Source: Eledone cirrhosa
Lineage: Eukaryota
Direction of reading: 5' to 3'
DNA: 64,000 bases
Assembly: GCA_964016885.1 (NCBI GenBank)
Contig: OZ024763.1
Coordinates: 14,508,001-14,572,000 of the forward strand
The notes under the pieces are model-generated. The model made no database searches and was not told the DNA's origin. It saw nothing but the letters and a program-made list of their open reading frames with translations. Each line of letters begins with the position of its first letter. Position 1 is the first letter of the stretch. This document shows positions 53,949 through 64,000 of this stretch, in pieces. The position numbers were made by a program, and so were the translations under genes.

Positions 53949-54427
53949 ACGTGTCTGTGGCGACATTTAAAGCTACAACATACCCGCTCAGGCTAAGAAC
54001 GAAAGATTTGCTGAAGAAGTAAATCCTATGTTCTGTCGTCAAAAACCATTATATTGCAGACTCCTGCAATAGGAATTTGTCGATCTTGGAATTGCAGACA
54101 CTTAGCGCTGATGTTGGATGCTATATGTGATGTATCTTGTTGATATACGATGTAAGTTATATATGTTGCACTCAGCCTCACCGCTATGTCCGGGTCAGTA
54201 TAAAATCTTTTCCTGGGTCCTGTATTTTCGTTGCTCTAGTGATGCGGCTGAACTGCTGACCGCCATATCTGATTTGCTAAGCTATCTGAACGTAATGTTA
54301 TTACTCTGGGGTCTTTCCTTATCTGAGTGCTCAAGCTACAGACCGATTATGCATATTAGCTAGCTTGGTCGTGTTCTAAAGCTTCGTCAATGCTGTTCTA
54401 AAATATATATATATATATATATATTTC

Positions 54428-54458
<31 letters not shown>

Positions 54459-54911
54459 CTTGTTGCGCCCTTGTGGCTAATAAAGAAATCTATCTATCTA
54501 TCTAACTATCTCTCTCTCTCATTTATTTTCTTTTGTTTTTATTCTCTCACAAGAATCTGTTGTTATCGCCGCCTTTTTTTATCGTCACGTCACAGTCGTT
54601 AAAATGTTGTCATAGAGATTGATAGGTGGTCAACATCACATCGCTTACGTTAATATCATCTCTGTTGCTCTGAGGCTTGTCGCCATTTTAAATTTCGTTC
54701 ATGTCCATTTCATTTTTTATTGTTTGTTTGAGAGAAAAATTACGAAATGTTGTGAAGCGGTCTCTATTACATTTTCTAACTGACCGACGTGACAAACATG
54801 TAGAGATGATGGAGAGTGAAAAGGAAAATTAAAATAAAATAATAGAAAATATATCAAAAAAATAAAAACTCATGTAAAATCAATTAAACTTTTTTCAAAA
54901 TAATCACCAGA

Positions 54912-54943
<32 letters not shown>

Positions 54944-55144
54944 ATTATATATATATATATACAATGTTATACTTGGGGAGGGTCATATTTGTGTAATAAT
55001 ATTGCCAGAATTAATAACAGAACACACTCACTGTTTGTTTGGTTTTCGCTTCTGTTTCTTTTATATCGGTTTCGACACACGATTTCATATAAAAAAACCT
55101 CGCAAAACTAATTCATCGCCGTTATATATATATATATATATATA

Positions 55145-55335
55145 GGGGCGGTGGATTGGCAGTATCGGTAGAGGGTCGGACGCCATGCTTTCCAGCATAG
55201 TTACGTCCCTTTACGATCTGAGTTCAAATCCCGCCGAGGTTGACTTTGCCTTTCATCCTTACGGGGTCGATAACATAAAGTACCAGTAATGCACTGGGTA
55301 ATTGCTGGCCTTGTGCCTAAAGTAGAAACAGTTAT
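55145..55335 (+). mobile_element. SINE family A, full length
   Basis: Matches the family consensus. Confidence 0.9.
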
Positions 55336-55419
55336 ATATATATATATATATATGTGTGTGTATGTATGTGTGTGTGTGTGTGCATGCGTACGTGATAGAG
55401 TGCATGAATTCTTTTAGAC

Positions 55420-55690
55420 ACTAAATGTACTTGGACAAACCTGTAGAAAATTGTTTATTTAGGGTGTTTAAAAGAACAGATATACTAGTAATCGTAAACG
55501 TTGAATCTTCCCTCGGTTAATTCGTTATACAGTTTAAATGTAACGTTATTGTAAATCTATTCTTTCAAACACCGAATATACTAGGACAATATAGTCGAAA
55601 ATCCCCTTTCAAAGGGTGCGTCCAAAGGATGGAGATGCTGGCAAAAGTGAACTTTGAATATCCTCTCAATTGTTCAGTGTACAATTCAAA
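55420..55690 (+). mobile_element. Possible degenerate GIY-YIG endonuclease fragment of a Penelope-like element
   Basis: VLGQTCRKLFI, then (with frameshifts) RV/KEQ, resembles the YIGQT.R.L..R..EH motif. Confidence 0.3.
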
Positions 55691-55695
55691 TAATA

Positions 55696-56309
55696 TTATT
55701 ATATAGCTGCGGTGGATTGGCAGTATCGGTAGAGGGTCGGACGCCATGCTTTGCAGCAAAGAGTTACGGCCCTTGCCATTCTGAGTTCAAATCCCGCCGA
55801 GGTTAACTTTGCCTTTCATCCTTACGGGGGTCTATAAAATAAAGTACCAGTAATACACTGCGTAATTGCTGGCCTTGTGCCTAAAGTAGAAACAGTTATT
55901 ATATAGCTGCGGTGGATTGGCAGTATCGGTAGAGGGTCGGACGCCATGCTTTGCAGCAAAGAGTTACGGCCCTTGCCATTCTGAGTTCAAATCCCGCCGA
56001 GGTTAACTTTGCCTTTCATCCTTACGGGGGTCGATAAAATAAAGTACCAGTAATACACTGGGTAATTGCTGGCCTTGTGCCAAAAGTAGAAACAGTTATT
56101 ATATGGCTGCGGTGGATTGGCAGTATCGGTAGAGGGTCGGACGCCATGCTTTGCAGCAAAGAGTGACGGCCCTTGCCATTCTGAGTTCAAATCCCGCCGA
56201 GGTTAACTTTGCCTTTCATCCTTACGGGGGTCGATAAAATAAAGTACCAGTAATACACTGAGTAATTGCTGGCCTTGTGCCAAAATTAGAAACAGTTATT
56301 ATATAGCTG
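55696..56309 (+). mobile_element. Tandem trimer of SINE family A, 200-bp period
   Basis: GCTG(CGGTGG) starts at 55706, 55906 and 56106, with a terminal GCTG at 56306. Confidence 0.9.
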
Positions 56310-56604
56310 TACTTTAGCACAATAAAATTTATGTTTTCGAAAGGCCACGCTACCAGAAAGGATAATAGTTTGTATCAATAAAATTAGATGTAGAACGAGC
56401 GGTAAAATTATTTATGTTGGAGAGTCGTTTTAAATTTAAACAGTTGATTGATCAAAACATTTTTTTTCACTATAAGCTTGAAACTAGTACAGCGTTCCTT
56501 TGTCAGTGTTGAACAAACGAGCAACGATGCTTGCTAGACACTACGGCTTAATACGGGATGTTTGTTTACAAACACACCGAGCATTATAATAAATGTTCGG
56601 TGAA

Positions 56605-59911
<3,307 letters not shown>

Positions 59912-59912
<1 letters not shown>

Positions 59913-60509
59913 TGGTGGCTGCCAACTCGTTTTCGAGTACGGCCACTACTTTATATCCATGTAGGAGAACCCCTACCAATGCGCTGAACGAGTGACATTT
60001 TAGTCCAGCCAGCAACTTGAAAACTCTGGTACAAACACTACACTTGTGACAATTATTGACACAAAGTGCTGGGCCCATGGTACCATCTGACGACAAGTGC
60101 AGAGAGATCTCCGGATATAAAGCAATGCCTGTGCCGTGAAGCTTTTATAGCGAGCAAAGGCACTGCACAAAGCCAGTCCCACTCTCTTAACCAAGATGAT
60201 ATTTACCAAAAAGAAGAACAAGTCAACATCATTGGATACCATCAGGGTTGCAGGTGTTACATCAGAGTTTTCCTTCTCCTAGAATTCTGCCTTGACAAAG
60301 GCTAAGGGGTCATCTCTCCCGGTGATTTTGGATGGCCATTGACTCTTAAGAGCTCCTTTGCCAGGTTTTGTTTTTAGTCCTGCAGGATGTCCAAAGTCAC
60401 CTCCTCACCTAGAAACCTTGGTGGCGTTGCCAGTTTAGTCGCCAACGACCCGACCATGAGACAGGTTGTACTGGGATACATGTTACCAGTAGCACCAACT
60501 GGTGACCTG
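59912..60509 (-). mobile_element. Third full copy of the RTE-derived non-autonomous element
   Basis: Near-identical to 36251-36856. Confidence 0.8.
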
Positions 60510-60542
60510 GCATAGAAACATATATATATATATATATATATA

Positions 60543-60730
60543 GCGAGGGAAAAGTGGTAAGGAACCAGGTGGACCATAACGCACCAAAGTACTCAATACT
60601 TAGGGTAGTAGAGTGGGTAATAGGAGTAAGTAAGACCCCGACGGCTGAACTCAAGCCGTTTCGACGGCTAAATCTGTACAGAATTAGCCGTCGAAACGGC
60701 TTGAGTTCAGCCGTCGGGGTCTTACTTACT

Positions 60731-60734
<4 letters not shown>
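60543..60734 (-). mobile_element. PLE terminal family A palindrome plus tail
   Basis: Both arms share copy-specific variants (GAGTAAGTAAGACC/GGTCTTACTTACTC; GAACTC/GAGTTC). Confidence 0.7.
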
Positions 60735-60765
<31 letters not shown>

Positions 60766-60857
60766 ATACTTTGGGAGGGTCATGTTGCCAATAAGAAACA
60801 CACGCACCAGTCGCTTTTACTCCAATTTATTATAAATTAAATTTATAAATTTAAGAA

Positions 60858-60912
<55 letters not shown>

Positions 60913-61070
60913 ATATTAAGGATACTATTTATTGTTATGTATATTTTAAACTTTTTATAGTTATGCATATTTTAAACTATAAACAGGAAAGGTCAGTAAT
61001 TTATTACTACCTTATTACCAGTAAGATAAATAGCTCAATGTAAGAACATCAGTTGTTCTACAGAGCAGTT

Positions 61071-61839
61071 ATATAGAATTCACAAGAATCAAAGCTATGT
61101 TCAAAGCATTTATTCACTTACAATTGTTTCATCCAAACCTAGGCTTGGAGTCTTCGGAGCATTTTTCAATGTTTGTACATATAATTGACTTCCTATCCAA
61201 CGCAGGAGACATACAGATACATATATATATATTGATGTGACATATATTATACTATACTCTATTTGTACACCAATTCAAATTTATAATCAAAATTAAAATT
61301 AAAATACATGCGGCAGATAACACAGATAATTTAAGGGGATAGTTTGGTAATCAGATCTAGTAGATAGTGTATGCGTTAGTCACACATGGAGCATGCAAGT
61401 GTGTCTCATTTATATACGATTATTGTGTGGCAAGGTGTTACATGTAATGCAAGCACTTTAAGCGGGTAAGCAAGAGTATTATGGTGGTTGTAGTGGTAGG
61501 GTATTTTTTGTATAGATCAAAAAAGTATGTGTGCAGAAAAATAAAGATAAAAAGAATGTTATAGTTTTCTCATCCACCACCATTTTCACATTCAGAAAAA
61601 GGAAGATATAGTTTTTACATCCATCACACAAGCTACGATGATTCCGTATTGAATGTGTGATGCATTAAATTATTGTAGCGTATTGAGGCTCAGTGTTATT
61701 TAATACATATTTCCTGCGTTGGATAGGAAGTCAATTATATGTACAAACATTGAAAAATGGTCCGAAGATTCCAAGCCTAGGTTTGGATGAAACAACTGTA
61801 AGTGAATAAATGCTTTGACCATAGCTTTGAATCTTGTGA

Positions 61840-61848
<9 letters not shown>
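61071..61848. mobile_element. Element with ~137-bp inverted repeats, each holding a variant hammerhead (CCGAAGA core)
   Basis: 61071-61207 is inverted at 61712-61848; CCGAAGA-(C/T)TCCAAGC-CTAG-GTTTGGAT-GAAA-CAA(T/C)TG-TA-AGTG. Confidence 0.65.
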
Positions 61849-61903
<55 letters not shown>

Positions 61904-62189
61904 TTTTATTAAGGTTGAATAGTAAGTCTGCTTCGGTATTGAGTACTCTATTCTCTCAGCCGTCAACCACATACGTCTCTTACTCCACTGGGGGAACCAG
62001 CAGTATCGTTGGTAGGGGTCGAAACTGCCAAAGTCCATGTAAACAGCTGATGACCAGGGAGTTCTTCGCTTGTATTTCTATTTTTTTTTAAATTTCCCCT
62101 TAAATAATTGTTTCCGTTTGTTGTCTTGTCCTCTCTTAGTTAATTTTCTTAAGTTTATTTTATATATATATATATATATATATAAAATG

Positions 62190-63020
62190 TATACACATCC
62201 ATACACTCTCTATGTACAACACCTACATATATATACTACATACACATACACACACATCCATACACTCTCTATGTACAACACCTACATATATATACTACAT
62301 ACACATACACATACACATCCATACACACTCTATGTACAACACCTACATATATATACTACATACACATACACACACATCCATACACTCTCTATGTACAACA
62401 CCTACATATATATACTACATACACATACACACACATCCATACTCTCTATGTACAACACCTACATATATATACTACATACACATACACATACATCCATACA
62501 CACTCTATGTACAACACCTACATATATATACTACATACACATATACACATCCATACACTCTCTATGTACAACACCTACATATATATACTACATACACATA
62601 CACACACATCCATACACACTCTATGTACAACACCTACATATATATACTACATACACATACACACACATCCATACACTCTCTATGTACAACACCTACATAT
62701 ATATACTACATACACATACACACATCCATACACTCTCTATGTACAACACCTACATATATATACTACATACACATACACACACATCCATACACTCTCTATG
62801 TACAACACCTACATATATATATACTACATACACATACACATACACATCCATACACTCTCTATGTACAACACCTACATATATATACTACATACACATACAC
62901 ACACATCCATACACTCTCTATGTACAACACCTACATATATATACTACATACACACACACACATCCATACACTCTCTATGTACAACACCTACATATATATA
63001 CTACATACACATACACACAC
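62190..63020. repeat. ~59-bp minisatellite built on CA/TA microsatellite
   Basis: CATCCATACACTCTCTATGTACAACACCTAC recurs ~14 times. Confidence 0.9.
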
Positions 63021-63054
63021 GTATATTACACACTACGCAAAGACCACACAGATA

Positions 63055-64000
63055 TCAACACCACCACAACCACCTCACCACCACCACAGCCACCTCACCA
63101 CCACCGCAGCCATCAACACCACCACAATCACCAACACCACCAACACCACCACGGCCACCACCACAGCCACCAACACCACCACAACCACCAACACCACCTC
63201 GCCACCACCACAGCCACCAACACCACCACCTCCACCACAACCACCACCACAACCCACCACCACCGCCACCACTACCACCATCACACACCACCACCACACT
63301 ACAACACGCACTACAACCCTCCACCACTACTGCACCCCCTACCCCCACCACCACCACCACAACCCCCACCAACTCACATCACTACTACGCCCCCCCCCCC
63401 ACCACTACTATGACATCATCATGATGAAGCTGCGGGAATCTATCAACTTTTATGGCAGACATATTGAATATACAGATAGATGGACGACATGTCAATACAC
63501 AGCACACCGCCACCACGCCGCCACCACGCCACACCACAACACCACACCTCAACAATTACACCACCACTACCACATAAATTACAACCACAATACCAACACC
63601 TTTACCACAGCACCACAACCATGACACCACCCCACCACAAAATGACCACCACAACACCTCCACCACAACCATAACACCACAACCATGACACAACTCCACC
63701 CACAACCACCACCACAACCACAACACCACACCCCCACAACACCTCAACCACAACACCACTCCACCACCACAACCACAACACCACCACCACTCCACCACCA
63801 CAACCACAACACCACCACCACCACAACACCACAATCACAACACCCCCACCACCACAACCATAACACCACAACCATGACACCAGTCCACCACAACCACCAC
63901 ACCACCACAACAACAACAACAACACCACCACCACAACACCTCAACCATGACACCAGTCCACAACAACCACCATCACAACACCACCACCACAACAACACCA
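63055..64000. repeat. (CAC/CAA)n low-complexity tract
   Basis: Read directly. Confidence 0.9.

Noticed and set aside
53950-54400. Unique stretch possibly coding
   Set aside because: Frames I translated contain stops and no recognisable motif.
61985-62060. GAAACTG..CAG-CTGATGA as a permuted hammerhead
   Set aside because: No UH cleavage site or helix I between helix III and the core.

Overview
Eukaryotic, AT-rich, microsatellite-saturated DNA. The SINE families and repeat density resemble a coleoid cephalopod, probably Octopus (inference from recalled repeat sequences, not a database search). No complete protein-coding gene is recognisable, and nearly all ORFs in the supplied track are translations of (TA)n/(CA)n/(CAT)n/(GA)n repeats. 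The window holds: many tRNA-derived SINE copies (at least 3-4 families); RTE-clade LINE fragments and a ~600-bp RTE-derived non-autonomous element; Helentron-like elements; several minisatellites, two of them built from retroelement pieces; and one plausible Pro/Thr-rich first exon (3701-4907) that needs a single frameshift. The strongest hidden signal is about 17 type I hammerhead-ribozyme folds (CUGANGA...GAAA...UH, folded by hand), about 12 with an intact core. They belong to several sequence-unrelated families, sit mostly inside (TA)n tracts, and often have self-complementary helix III and inverted partial copies. Together with nearby degenerate ORF fragments, this matches terminal repeats of Penelope-like retroelements.
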